A program made the translations under genes and the position numbers. Below the pieces are notes generated by a model, which had not been told where the DNA came from, did no database searches, and was given only the letters and a program-made list of their open reading frames with translations. Below are positions 20,701-28,474 of a stretch of 43,312 nucleotides of DNA, in pieces. The stretch covers positions 1 through 43,312 of IMG/VR virus record IMGVR_UViG_3300037991_001268, one strand, 5' to 3'. The first letter of the stretch is position 1, and every line of letters begins with the position of its first letter. The DNA is from a virus. Taxonomy: Duplodnaviria; Caudoviricetes.

Positions 20701-23700
20701 CTCCCATGTACAGCACGGACATCCAAATCACTAATGAGTTGGCATTGAGCAAGACAGTTGGTACATATCAGTCTAAACCTGGTCTGTATGACATTCAACT
20801 CAATGACGTTATTATTGGTGCTTCTTCTGGTGTTGTTGCGAGAATTACTGCAACCTCTGCATATCAGGATCCCGTTACCAATGAATTCATTGAACAGGTT
20901 AATATTTCTGATGGTTCTTCGTTCTTCGGTCTGCTCTTCAACAGATTGACTTCTCAGACATATCCTAACATCGTTCTTGACAATATTTCTAAGTCTCAAA
21001 TCAATATTGTTGATTTTACAGATAACTCAAGTGATTTTGATTCTAAGTTCCCTGGAAACGAGTTCATTAGCAACTATGTCATTCCTTATGACAATGCTGT
21101 AGGAACTTTCACTGCTGGAGAGAACATTCGCAACTATAAGATCGATTATAGTAACGTCACTGGTGTATTCTCTGGTAGCGAAGATCTTGTTACTAGAAAG
21201 GTCACTTTCGACGACAAACAAGGTTCTGGATTCCTTCAGATCGGTCAAATTATCAGAACTACTGATACTAAGGGTGAAGTTATCGGTTACAACCAGGCAA
21301 GAGGTAAGATCTACATTGGTAAGATTGGTAGAACACAATCCACTGGTGCAGATTATTTCACATTCACTTGGACTGCTGGAGCGTCACTCAACACATATCA
21401 TAAGAAGTTTGGAAGTGCCTCTTTGGCACTTTCTCCTGGTCTTTCGGATCATGCTTTCCAGAGTGGTGTAACTAATGCTATCACTGCTGGTGGTGGTGCT
21501 ACAGGTTCTTATACTGCCGCTACAGGCACTACATATGATCCTGCAACAGGCACGATGGTTATCGAGATCGGTAATCACACTCTGACCACTTCTAACACTG
21601 TAACGATCGCTGATGAAGGAATCGTATTCAGATGTTCTCAAGATAACAACACAACAAATAAAGCATACCCAAGAGCAACTGATCCTGCATCTGGAACTGC
21701 TCGTAACATTACTGCAGTTACCTCTACAACGATTACAATAAACGTTGGTGCTGTTCCTGTTGATGAATACGTTACTTCAACGTCTTCTGGCGAACTTGCA
21801 CTTGGAACTGGTGCAATGACTAAGGAACTTTGGGTCAAACCTTTTGCTGTTTCAGTCACTGGCACCAAGACACTCCTTGATTTCCGTGCTACATCGACAG
21901 ATTCGCAACGTGGTCGTCTGTATCTTGAAGCGGGTCAAGTTCGCTATAACGTCAATGGAGTTGATATTGTAACTTCTGGTTTGACTACTCTTTCTGATAA
22001 CGTTTGGTATCACATCGCTATCGTTCGTTCTGCAACCACTGCTGGTGGTATCAAACTGTACATTGATGGCGTTGAGAGAGGATCGGGAACTGATGCAACT
22101 AATTATTCGGGTGCAAATGTTAGAATCGGCGCTGATCTCACTGGCGCAAATATCTTTGCTGGATACATTGATGAGATTCGTGTTTCTAATACTAACCGCT
22201 ACACCGCTGCATTTACTGCTCCTACAGGAATGTTCCAAGGTGATGCAAACACTAAATTGTTGCTTCACTTCGATGGTTCATATGGAGACGCCTATGTTGC
22301 TGATTGGTCTGGTAGTGAGTCCTTCACGAATGGTGAAGAATTCAATAACGATGTAATTGCTGCAACCTGGAGAGCAAACTCTGCCAACCTGCCTGCTGGT
22401 TTCGCTGGTAAGACTCACAGATACTATGATGCAGCAGATCTGCTTGAGAGAAACAAAGATATGCTTGCTAAAGAAGTTGTCGCACAACTTCAAGCACAGT
22501 ATCCATCACTCACTATTCCTGGTGGTGCAGTCAATTGTGAAGATGATATTCGTGATGTCTGCTCGGCACTGGTTGAAGACCTTCGCAATGGTTCTAATAG
22601 TCATATCTGGGATGCTTCGGCACTTTATGTCGATAGATCTTCGACTCCTGTTACCTTGCGCCATATTGAGACTGAAATTACTGAAACTGTCTGGGCATAC
22701 GATAGGTTGAAGGCACTGCTGCCATTTATCACAAATAATACTCCTATCAATATCACTGGTTCTCATGGTTTGAAGCAGAGATATGATGTTACTATTACTG
22801 ATTCTAATAATAATACATTTACAACATACACCCCATCCGCAGCAACATATGATCCTGCAACTGGCGATCTGGTTCTTACCATCGGCACCCACTCTTTGAC
22901 AACTCAATCTCTTATTACCATTGAGCGCGAGTCTCTCGTCTTTACTTGTGCTGATGATGGAAATGAAAGACAGATTGCATATCCTGACAAAGGTAATGTT
23001 GATGTATATGATCAGGTTCTGAAACCCACTCAGTATGATGCAACTACAATCACGGTTAACGTTGGTGTTTCTCCTGCTAACCAGCAATATGCACACACAT
23101 TTGTTTCTGCTGGATCTGGTGCTGTTAGACAACTGAACTACACCGCTAATGATTGTCTTGATGTTAATGCTACGCTTGGTAACCTCATTGATATCCTCAC
23201 TGATACTCTTGAGCAAGCAAATGCTGGTACTCCTGTTGATCACCTGGGCACCATCACTAGAGTTGAACCTGCGTATGAGTTCATCGGTGGTGCAATTGAT
23301 GCATTCTTAGAGGTTCCATTCACATCAACTTATCATGATGCAACTGAAGATGAACTGTATACTAATAGAATTGATGCTTCTTCTCGTTACAGATTCCGTG
23401 ATGCTGCAAATCTAATCAACGCTAACTCTCCTGTTATTGTTGATAAAGCAGCAGCAGATATGCTGACCAGATATCCTGATCTGGCAACTGAGATGCCTAG
23501 AAATACTACATTGACTAGCGAAGGTACTCAAAGCACTGCTGGTACAGATCGCTGTAAGACTGACCTGGCATTGATTCTGCAAGCAATCTCGGATGATATT
23601 CGTGATGGTGGTAACCAGAAGAGTGTTGAGGCAGCAAGTTTCTACCTCGACAACAATAACGAACTACAGCACATTCGTCTGCAAGTTTGGCAGTCTGTAT

Positions 23701-26700
23701 ATGCTCACGATCGTCTTGCATTCTATGCTAAGCAAGCAGTCACTGGCGACCTGACTTATGATAATACTGATAATATTATTGTTGGTGATTGGGGTATCAC
23801 AAATGATCCTGGCGGTTGTGCAGATGTCAAGTCTGCAATTGATACTCTAGTAACGACGATCAATGATATGATCGCTCCTACTGGCAATGATTTTGCTATC
23901 GGTGGTGATAGACTTTACTTTAACAAAGATTATATCGCTGAAGAAATTATTGGTCGCACCAATGAGTATCTGACATATAATGTTGAGGGTCAAAATATTA
24001 CAGTTTATAGTTTCGATAGTGCTAAATGTGAAAGAGATATCAAGTTGCTCATCGATGCAATTATCTCCGATCTTCAAACTGGCGGTACTAATAGCACCAT
24101 CAGAAACATGGAGAAGTATCTCGATGCAAATGGTATCTTGAACTATATTGAAGAAGAACTGCTTCCTACAATCTATGCCTTTGAGCAAATTAGAGATCTG
24201 GGTGAAAAAGCAATTCGTAATCTCTTGTATGCTGGTGGAACTACTGTAACAGGTGATCAGTATGCTGCAGGTTATACTGATGAGTCTGCTTATCGTGATA
24301 GTGAGACTCCAGTCAACATCGATGAAGTTGTTTGGAGACTTCGTGATCTGGTTGATATCGTCACCAATGGTCTCAATCCTGGCACGGATCTTGCACGTGA
24401 TGCAGTTAGAAACTTCTACTACAACCTGAGATACTATCAAAATGAAATTGGCGCAAGAGTCAACTCTCAGTTTGGTCCTAACACCTGGATTTATGATGAG
24501 TTCTTACAAGAAACTGCAAACAATATTGCAACTGACGTTCTCACCACACCTAGAGAGTTCACTCAAGCTAGAACAATCAACCTAGCAAATATCAACGGTG
24601 ATTTCCAAGTCGGTGAAACAATTAATATCACTGCTGGTGGAAGTGGTAGTGCAACAGTTCTTGAATTTGATAGACCAAATCAAACGCTGTATGTCGGTGA
24701 TGTTACGGGTAATTTCTCGTACAACCAGACACTGACTGGTGCTACTTCTGGTGCAACTGCACAAGTTGCGTCTGGTCAAGGTTCTACATTCTTCGGTGGA
24801 AGCAACTCCTATATCAGAACAACCAACTCCTTCTTGCCTGAGATTGGTAATGGTACGTTCACTATGGAAGCATGGATCCGTCGTATTAGAACGGATAGTT
24901 CCTTCATTGTTTCTGGTTCTAATCAGAACAACTTCAACTTCTATATTGGCACTGGTACGAGCAATATTGGTTTCTGGGCAGGAAATACTTCTAACTGGAT
25001 CAACCAGAATAGTTCACCTGTTCCAATGGATACTAACTGGCACCATGTTGCTATTGTTAGAGAAGGAACTGGCACAAATGAGACTGCTCTCTACGTTGAT
25101 GGTAAACTGGCACTCTTTAGCACCATTAGCACATTCTGGAACAATTCTGAACTGCTATACATTGGTGGTAATGTTTCCAATAATGAATATGCAGACGGTT
25201 ACATTTCCGATTTCCGTATCACAACATCTGTTGTATATACAAGGAATAATGAAACTACTATCGGTACACAAATGTTCTCTCCACCAGCGAGAGCATATGT
25301 CGCTGGTGATGATGTAAACACACTGATCTTAACTACTCAGGGTACTCCTCTGCAGGATAACGGTCCTTCGGCAAGAGCGTTGACTATCATTAACGCTTAT
25401 CCTAACCCCGTTTCTCCTTTCGGTTTCTTCCCTGGTATTTCTAGTGCATACAACTGGTTTACCACACCTAGCAACGTTGAGATTCTTGCACAGGCAAGAG
25501 CAACTCAGTCTCCGATTCAATCGGGAACTCCTTCTACTAATCTGTGGACAAATCCTGAGAATCTACCTACCAGTTATTCCTCTTATAACGTTGGTTGGAG
25601 AACAAACTTCGCTGCTGCACCTGATGGCACGATTACTGCCGATAAGATGTATGGAACGAGTGCAAATGCTCAACACTTTGTATACAGAAATTACAATCTG
25701 ACTGCTTATCAAACGTTTGATAGCATCAGTGGTAATCCTGGTACATACAGATTCTCGGGCGCAAATGAAACATTTGACTCTGGTTATCCTGGTATTACTG
25801 AACAGCAACAGTTCACTCTGTCTGCATTCTTCAAGAGAGCAGAACTTGATACTTTCAACTTCATGTTCTCCTTTGACCAACAGACTAAGAATATTAACTT
25901 CAATGTGAACTTGACCACAGGTACTATTGAACCGACTTCTGTATCCAGTAGTCCTGGTATTACCCTTGATGATTATGGCATCACTCCTGTTGGTAATGAC
26001 TGGTTCCGTGTACACGCAACAGCATCCTTCGGTTATGGTATTCAGAATGCCTATATGGACTTTGCTCTGAGCAATCGTGCTGTCGCGCCTATCTACAACC
26101 AGAGAGGTATTTACATCTGGGGTGTTAAACTGAATCAAGGTCCTCTGGATCCTTATCAAGCAGTTTCTGGTCAACTCTTCTATGCTAACTCTGAATATAA
26201 TATCAAGACGTATGCTCTGGATCTACTCCAGACATTCATGATTCAGGCGTTGGACGATACTCTGACGAGTCCTTCTGGAACATCGAGTTCTGAATCCTTC
26301 TACGGTGATGGTGCTGGTAATGCATATTATCACGGTGCTTCTACTCTTTATAGTACGGAAGAGTTCTCGCAGTTGATTCGTTACGGTCTTGCGATTATTA
26401 AAAATCAACTTGGTGATGATACTTACTACACAAATATCACGCAAAATAATGGCGTTGGATTTGGTATTAAGACTTATGGTGATAGAGATCTTCCCGTAGG
26501 TATTAGAGGTGGTCTGCAGCAGGCAGATTGGATTTATAGTCTTGGCACGGATGCATATGCTGAAATGTCTCTCCTCACCGAGAATAAGGGCGAAGTTGTT
26601 CAGGTCTACCAGAGATTTAGAATTGATGGTGATATTACTGATGGTCCATTCACCATGGGCGAGACTGTTAGCAAGCAGGGTGCTCCTTCAATCACTGGTG

Positions 26701-28451
26701 TTGTTTATGGATTCCATGAAGATGAGAACTTCAAGTATCTCGATGTTCGCGTTACCGCTGGTCCTTGGGCAATTACTGACAACATTGTCGGTGGTTTGAA
26801 CAGCACAACTGCTCAAATCAGTCAAATTGAAAATCGTCTCCATATCATTGATCTTAAGGGTGGATTTACTGACGATATTCCTTTCCTCGGGTACGACTCG
26901 GGCGCGACTGCAACACCTACAACATTCCTGAAGAATGAAGCATCTGTCATTGATAATAGTGGTGGCACACTGACCGTTGATACTGAATCTCTAATCGGTA
27001 CTTTCGAGAAGAATTCGGTTGTATATCCTGCATCTTCTAAGAAATATATTGAGGTCAGCAAGATTGGTGGACTTGATATTAAAGTTGGTGATCGTATCGC
27101 ATCTGATGGTTACATTGAGTTGGGTGTTTCTGTTAACTCTCTGAACAATACATTCGTCGTAGGTAACAGACTTTACAAGGTTGTTAATAACATTCAAGTT
27201 ACGGATGTTTACGGCATCATCACTGAACTTGATCTTGATAACAATAAGATTTACGTCACCATGGTTCAAGGTGCTTTTGCTAACGGAGACTTCGTTGGTG
27301 ACTATGGAACTTCTAGTTTCCCTGAAGGTTTTGCACAGATCAGTACCTTGGTTAATGTTGCTGGTGCCGCTGCTGCTCGCGTACAAGATATTCGTCAGAA
27401 TGGTCTTAATAAGCGTCTCTATCTTACAGATATCGCTGGTACATTCTCTTCTAGAGATGCTATCAAGGGTGGCGATCAATATAAATCTTTCGTTCGTGAG
27501 ATTGTCGAACTCAAGGCACGTGTCAAGCGTTCCTTCAGAGGATTCGATGGTGTACAAACTACCTTCGATCTGACTATCGAGAACGGCACTTCGTACCTGC
27601 CTGATCCTGCTGGTCACCTGTTGGTATTCATCAACGGTATCCTGCAACCTCCTGGCGCAACTAACGCATTCACAGCGTTCTCTAACAGGATTCAGTTCAC
27701 TGAGGCACCTGAACTTGGTTCTTCCTTCACTGGATTCTACATCGGTAAACTGAGACAACTGGATGATATTTCGTTCGAGTTTGATTCCTTACGTCAGTCC
27801 TTCAACCTTAAGCGTAATGAGGTCTTCTATTCACTCACGCTTACTGAAGGTGTTCAGTCCAGCGTCATTAGACCTGAGAACAACATCATCGTCTCGCTCA
27901 ATGGTGTTATTCAGGAACCTGGTGTTGGTTTCGAGATTGTTGGTTCTAGAATCATCTTCTCTGAAATCCCTCGCGTAGGTTCCACATTCGTCGCGTTCTC
28001 TTACGTTGGTTCTGAAGCAGACGTTGACGCTGCTGAAGTTGTTCCTCCCGTTGAACCTGGTGACTTCATTGACATTCAAGGTGAAACTACAGATCGTGAG
28101 GTTGCGGTTATTGAGTCTTCTAACTCTCTGATCACCTTCGACTATCTTGGATCGATCTTCGGTCAGGGTGCCCTGGGTCAAGCGAATCTGACATCTGGGT
28201 TTATTGACAGTGTGCAGATCACCTCTGGCGGTTCTGGTTACACAACTAGACCTACAGTTAGAATCGACTCTATCTCTGGTTTCGATGGTAACATCCGCGC
28301 ATTGGTTGGTGTTGCTGGTGTTGAAATTAGTAACGCAGGAACTGGTTATCAGAATCCTGAGGTTGTTGTTGAAACTAGCGTACCTGATGACTGGACCGCT
28401 CCCGATCTTTCTCTATACGGAGAAGAACTTGTAGATCCAGAGATCCTATAA
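8745..28451 (+). CDS. gp7: Giant baseplate wedge initiator gp7-like multidomain structural protein (6568 aa)
   Basis: gp7-type motifs: PDFIESEYPLF..FIEYYY, IKDFYSAKGT..S..YLFKLLYGE and KIQDSYYYQDFSY...HPASFKVFGE. It follows gp6. It also contains many GSGY-T/S-P repeats, a YHYH domain, a beta-propeller-like stretch, three LamG/ConA-like domains and helical Cys repeats. Confidence 0.85.
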   Translation: MDINKVSNVSSYQTPDFIESEYPLFNRFIEYYYKSQEKTGLGQNILNNFLQYLDIDKLDIGILDGATKLVETLAIDADNITVESVDDFLETNGSILVGDEVIYYEKTQHAPNIALSPGISYDQVKLKWITLQNNINSFDGTTVTFPLVSQDNPVGPPSDQHLIVRVYGETLIPGTDYQVNGSNITYTTAPRAKTAADDETSTSITYLNGFVENTIPALDNISSSFGEGETAFPLTRNNEKYEPIADEYVIAIYDNRLLVPKVDYYIDKNLFIFKTAPLNGRFLSLFSIEAPIPDFGSGAKGFSRVNAVGEITGVSINDTGSNYRFEYPPKVTIDDEVGSGASVKALVNGIKSVTLLEGGLGYSDTNPPTVNVEIPTKTGSQVAKLKATVTGGSVSAIEVLDSGSGYTFTPRITFQQPGGAKLAPPTMVGGSVSGTITITNPGQGYTTPPVIYIDEPTGTDGIRASLRAVLTDGKITSITVLNAGQGYEVVPRIAVVDPTGAQVLQTRVDGDGRIVGIELLSGGSGYNDVPSVYIVDNRTNDVGTYIGGSGATAVASIFNGQITDINITNFGTGYSADAPPTIVIQSPSEAKASADIGLNEVTGFEVLQSGKNYKKAQFQGCARAASGITGYTEDGNAIFSNNTIAAAAAIDAPVKCLDALFVKRLLDKYTEQFLPDVPELDYKKIDVRTSIKTIKDFYSAKGTSFSIAYLFKLLYGETVTVSYPKDQISKPSAATWSIDTILRATLVSGDPSNIKDGLLQQIADIADPNIQAASALVENFLSIQTSTTEIYELALSEETIVGTFTVPYKTKLAEPLNTTDSIITVDSTIGWPERNGEFVIGGGELVQYKEKSLNQFIECTRSVNNVVEDWDSATEVTSNFTVYINKDTPQEVVMNIVGIVDAQQTTLTDTGSYYLPGDKLTVSKLGGTGTNPELTTWLYNVKKLVEVSSITFGGVNNQSATVTCNNPHGLLVGDQVTVYGANPIIYNGSFLVTSRDSSTVFQYQLPQPATVVPQGNILVSVDLNKGKSDTSAVQNAIGPYTTNVQNSFFNTSEVYVASTGIPNYKIGPFPGSALLPGNQRKLNRFPTSPVTISTKNAINPGPIGTWVNGVSIWSYKSELTKTFGAVTSVSITDSGKDYDAASPPTLTIDGGGGTGATADVTVNGSVSEITVTNGGSGFTSSPLVSIVGGGGSGAAATAIITKGVVSRILINSGGTGYTSQPSITIVGGGGTGATGVASVRGPIKTVDITNGGASYTSNPNVILSSGSGAVAQAIVNDGRIISIAIISAGSGYTTAPEITIQGDGFGAVARATIDTDGENAGRVTGIEIINRGIGYIQGTTVINLNSIGQDAQFTANVFQWTYNLQETSTFDSAKGAVFEGYNNQYGGEYAHLSNPQRLRYILGDNLFENNQGLIKEQEDQLAHSPIIGWAFDGNPIYGPYGYSDPTDQSSSIARLSTSYRLKAELVLDVVTNPNPVRTAGPLLSEEPAGKFVEDYEYSFGLGDLDQYNGRFCKTPEYPNGRYCYFVTIDASEDGNALFPYILGPSFNSVVDTWNLKADAIQQNIPTGVVRYRDPYENVDIDVERAPNASTNSLTLENGDLLLFEVEDENRDGVITQDEIDDPDGVLEESPLQLFDYFPTVKLDSKVDIEVETITKFEDASITGFVVENSGTSYQVDDRLIFDNTDTGGSGASARVSRIKGESVQSYTFENISGQNFGVLQTNVPHNLQVTDSVFVDYTPVMDNTNKTFVVRQFKGIEEIVINQTGSGYNEDIPPSIIIDGNGTSGDLQAVVSAVGSIDTVNILNSGSGYTSNPRVILSHPQIFKKADYFVSLIENEENVRVNDVFVNDDKEIYVCGKTLDTDDNIVGFVAKLSATGVKEWEKTLELTSGEQDVEFNKLYVDGKNIWVVGTNKPNSAILATYNPDVILAKYVEASNGLSATLDFQKGYAGISGSSRSDNVTAITKFSDTRMIIGGYTNTNSGNPYDAYLALIDTTGSFAIKRKLASTSDSEKITDIVVNNGEIYFTMETADTQSSTAINVSYGKATVGTNSIDVAWINEFSNVGYSFLNASLAVDEFDELYITSTLRAKSDNTTKDSIWVGKVSTTGNLLWNYRYLAPGRDVTCVGKSAIDIFGDLNVAFSRTNNTTGLKTVDTMKIGYNGIVKNHTTNQFNKNRIEGIEATTLTVDKSGDAYIFGQTQWNRNEFLLEFATDASDTIGNYTPTLVGTGATEALTIVGDGIAKIFARDVATPANWVNAYIQVPSSELGAKLGADWTLEFMLYHDATNSDTHSQTQQTLVSIGDAAEATGGLWLYYDRGNGKLELVVTNNTTTINAAGGAQQSTLTTMFADNTWQFVGLKKEGDVFTVYINGISVVTATVANTSLISKNLRIGQISGRDGTPGSFRSNEQGQYYVDNLKLRNRAINPTVPSDVTNLPSSGDFALAYTWTDTAFFTAYNDVYDYIDYVGWGLKVDKDADAARIGDQGVQTDTQVGLVRTAVTPVTGSALTVTSTGFSLGLAGLQSLDFDDATTTMTEDTESLTYKKDIWSSRTATVPSPGSQKLKVTAVVKDRYYFKVTDTVKIDNVQELTINQAFNFTVGTKLVLRNGSSFVNSGYITRIDKENNKVYVAVNNNLWSNDLNTGNLSTEQFSEQSTYGIVGPIPNDINQIDSYTFPEVLNTTPGTFDIDLDDYNLDGTYNAGGGQNLDSFAKFKPYSDDDYSVRIDEVSGSSAFIVGSVITLNSGDVSYNAAYSTINITGLTGVLKITLITNLDKILQVTARANTDEVYIITDTRHYLSAGDMLYVDGNPSQEISNVVYDEYDGSFPVNNVISPLEFTYKLPQAAVSDPATSASDVSIFIKSPVLKMYYGHQYLFDLSHSSMAGGNLSFAKDNLYKLEYSFNSIERVGTPGVTGEGSPTPTVKFKVDEDVVTNISYYFDPSRVDSNDSPIIQGSYLDVVDSPYKGTFEISAVSGATITRGADTFKFPLLNEPEGNADVSKATYATSSKRAVGSISDIRIVNAGGFYNRLPVVSGIESTRQIERVQINEPGTEYAVGTYSGVPISGDGEGGLVQITVADGTDAEGTTIPGQVQSVLVTSPGKGYTTATVDIDSVDGILGAGLTGSGAEVTVVIPSFGTGASIFTVGENVGKIKKLKNNNFGYDYPHDYTLRPEITFPINAQLTSTSILDSITVTDPGSGYSQAPAVVITGGGGTGATAESTIKNGRLDKIEVKDPGAGYSSTPTVELKSSFNYVVNLDLGLLQFSFPHGITNGAEITLNVVDTGDGAEFPIAAGAIGRLNGNTTYYAITGAANSLEDDQLKIAITSANAELGDSITFTNAGNGRQQVLTTSFGGAATANVITSTFLEGELVYQGDTFETATAQGYVSTNNGWQVGPRIVKIVDYTGEFQEGSNVTGVISKSSGTISSLKIAKGVLDVGSITKTTGQFIDDVGKPSEIIQKIQDSYYYQDFSYAVKSAVSISEWKDILIKNVHPASFKVFGELNLNEYGFVPNKETFFQLTKSVELAREATVPNIQSFALVEPVYTAFNNTEVLFRQKRLTSSENILTSVVQRIDDIANLFDGQRTAFPLTVDGTTVVANANQLMIILNGVVQTPNTSFEIIGDSIVFAEPPSPPASVKYVNVSIQQINTFKFTFENVSGIEPLVGMTLVGTQSGSRLTVTSVVGDGSGTGGIFGFIEQGNVGVPQSLDNSTLTGGSGYTDGTYVAQQTSSSGTGIGLTVDYTVASGAVTSVTITTPGVSYVADEVISIGAGTPDLWEAGYGFELGELITNGNHVYQAAAAIPASQAAPVHTSGTSDNWTRIAAAGTNFIPGSDGKLTSTVFSGTPATIEIGTASGFSVAELCTVGATGYAANLESISPVTNLGLFNFNEQVSNLDGDIAVVEEVNLETGENTPIAELRYTIGAGTTSIEVKDPDAVADTFVPASEFTVGANYQLGSEIFRVDSVTVGTESTVLGVTRGVLQTTAIAHQEDAPMYSTDIQITNELALSKTVGTYQSKPGLYDIQLNDVIIGASSGVVARITATSAYQDPVTNEFIEQVNISDGSSFFGLLFNRLTSQTYPNIVLDNISKSQINIVDFTDNSSDFDSKFPGNEFISNYVIPYDNAVGTFTAGENIRNYKIDYSNVTGVFSGSEDLVTRKVTFDDKQGSGFLQIGQIIRTTDTKGEVIGYNQARGKIYIGKIGRTQSTGADYFTFTWTAGASLNTYHKKFGSASLALSPGLSDHAFQSGVTNAITAGGGATGSYTAATGTTYDPATGTMVIEIGNHTLTTSNTVTIADEGIVFRCSQDNNTTNKAYPRATDPASGTARNITAVTSTTITINVGAVPVDEYVTSTSSGELALGTGAMTKELWVKPFAVSVTGTKTLLDFRATSTDSQRGRLYLEAGQVRYNVNGVDIVTSGLTTLSDNVWYHIAIVRSATTAGGIKLYIDGVERGSGTDATNYSGANVRIGADLTGANIFAGYIDEIRVSNTNRYTAAFTAPTGMFQGDANTKLLLHFDGSYGDAYVADWSGSESFTNGEEFNNDVIAATWRANSANLPAGFAGKTHRYYDAADLLERNKDMLAKEVVAQLQAQYPSLTIPGGAVNCEDDIRDVCSALVEDLRNGSNSHIWDASALYVDRSSTPVTLRHIETEITETVWAYDRLKALLPFITNNTPINITGSHGLKQRYDVTITDSNNNTFTTYTPSAATYDPATGDLVLTIGTHSLTTQSLITIERESLVFTCADDGNERQIAYPDKGNVDVYDQVLKPTQYDATTITVNVGVSPANQQYAHTFVSAGSGAVRQLNYTANDCLDVNATLGNLIDILTDTLEQANAGTPVDHLGTITRVEPAYEFIGGAIDAFLEVPFTSTYHDATEDELYTNRIDASSRYRFRDAANLINANSPVIVDKAAADMLTRYPDLATEMPRNTTLTSEGTQSTAGTDRCKTDLALILQAISDDIRDGGNQKSVEAASFYLDNNNELQHIRLQVWQSVYAHDRLAFYAKQAVTGDLTYDNTDNIIVGDWGITNDPGGCADVKSAIDTLVTTINDMIAPTGNDFAIGGDRLYFNKDYIAEEIIGRTNEYLTYNVEGQNITVYSFDSAKCERDIKLLIDAIISDLQTGGTNSTIRNMEKYLDANGILNYIEEELLPTIYAFEQIRDLGEKAIRNLLYAGGTTVTGDQYAAGYTDESAYRDSETPVNIDEVVWRLRDLVDIVTNGLNPGTDLARDAVRNFYYNLRYYQNEIGARVNSQFGPNTWIYDEFLQETANNIATDVLTTPREFTQARTINLANINGDFQVGETINITAGGSGSATVLEFDRPNQTLYVGDVTGNFSYNQTLTGATSGATAQVASGQGSTFFGGSNSYIRTTNSFLPEIGNGTFTMEAWIRRIRTDSSFIVSGSNQNNFNFYIGTGTSNIGFWAGNTSNWINQNSSPVPMDTNWHHVAIVREGTGTNETALYVDGKLALFSTISTFWNNSELLYIGGNVSNNEYADGYISDFRITTSVVYTRNNETTIGTQMFSPPARAYVAGDDVNTLILTTQGTPLQDNGPSARALTIINAYPNPVSPFGFFPGISSAYNWFTTPSNVEILAQARATQSPIQSGTPSTNLWTNPENLPTSYSSYNVGWRTNFAAAPDGTITADKMYGTSANAQHFVYRNYNLTAYQTFDSISGNPGTYRFSGANETFDSGYPGITEQQQFTLSAFFKRAELDTFNFMFSFDQQTKNINFNVNLTTGTIEPTSVSSSPGITLDDYGITPVGNDWFRVHATASFGYGIQNAYMDFALSNRAVAPIYNQRGIYIWGVKLNQGPLDPYQAVSGQLFYANSEYNIKTYALDLLQTFMIQALDDTLTSPSGTSSSESFYGDGAGNAYYHGASTLYSTEEFSQLIRYGLAIIKNQLGDDTYYTNITQNNGVGFGIKTYGDRDLPVGIRGGLQQADWIYSLGTDAYAEMSLLTENKGEVVQVYQRFRIDGDITDGPFTMGETVSKQGAPSITGVVYGFHEDENFKYLDVRVTAGPWAITDNIVGGLNSTTAQISQIENRLHIIDLKGGFTDDIPFLGYDSGATATPTTFLKNEASVIDNSGGTLTVDTESLIGTFEKNSVVYPASSKKYIEVSKIGGLDIKVGDRIASDGYIELGVSVNSLNNTFVVGNRLYKVVNNIQVTDVYGIITELDLDNNKIYVTMVQGAFANGDFVGDYGTSSFPEGFAQISTLVNVAGAAAARVQDIRQNGLNKRLYLTDIAGTFSSRDAIKGGDQYKSFVREIVELKARVKRSFRGFDGVQTTFDLTIENGTSYLPDPAGHLLVFINGILQPPGATNAFTAFSNRIQFTEAPELGSSFTGFYIGKLRQLDDISFEFDSLRQSFNLKRNEVFYSLTLTEGVQSSVIRPENNIIVSLNGVIQEPGVGFEIVGSRIIFSEIPRVGSTFVAFSYVGSEADVDAAEVVPPVEPGDFIDIQGETTDREVAVIESSNSLITFDYLGSIFGQGALGQANLTSGFIDSVQITSGGSGYTTRPTVRIDSISGFDGNIRALVGVAGVEISNAGTGYQNPEVVVETSVPDDWTAPDLSLYGEELVDPEIL

Positions 28452-28454
28452 ATA
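28447..28454 (+). promoter_or_regulatory. T4 late promoter TATAAATA
   Basis: Perfect gp55-type consensus overlapping the gp7 stop, 20 nt upstream of the next ATG. Confidence 0.85.
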
Positions 28455-28474
28455 ACTAAAAATCGTAGTGAGTA

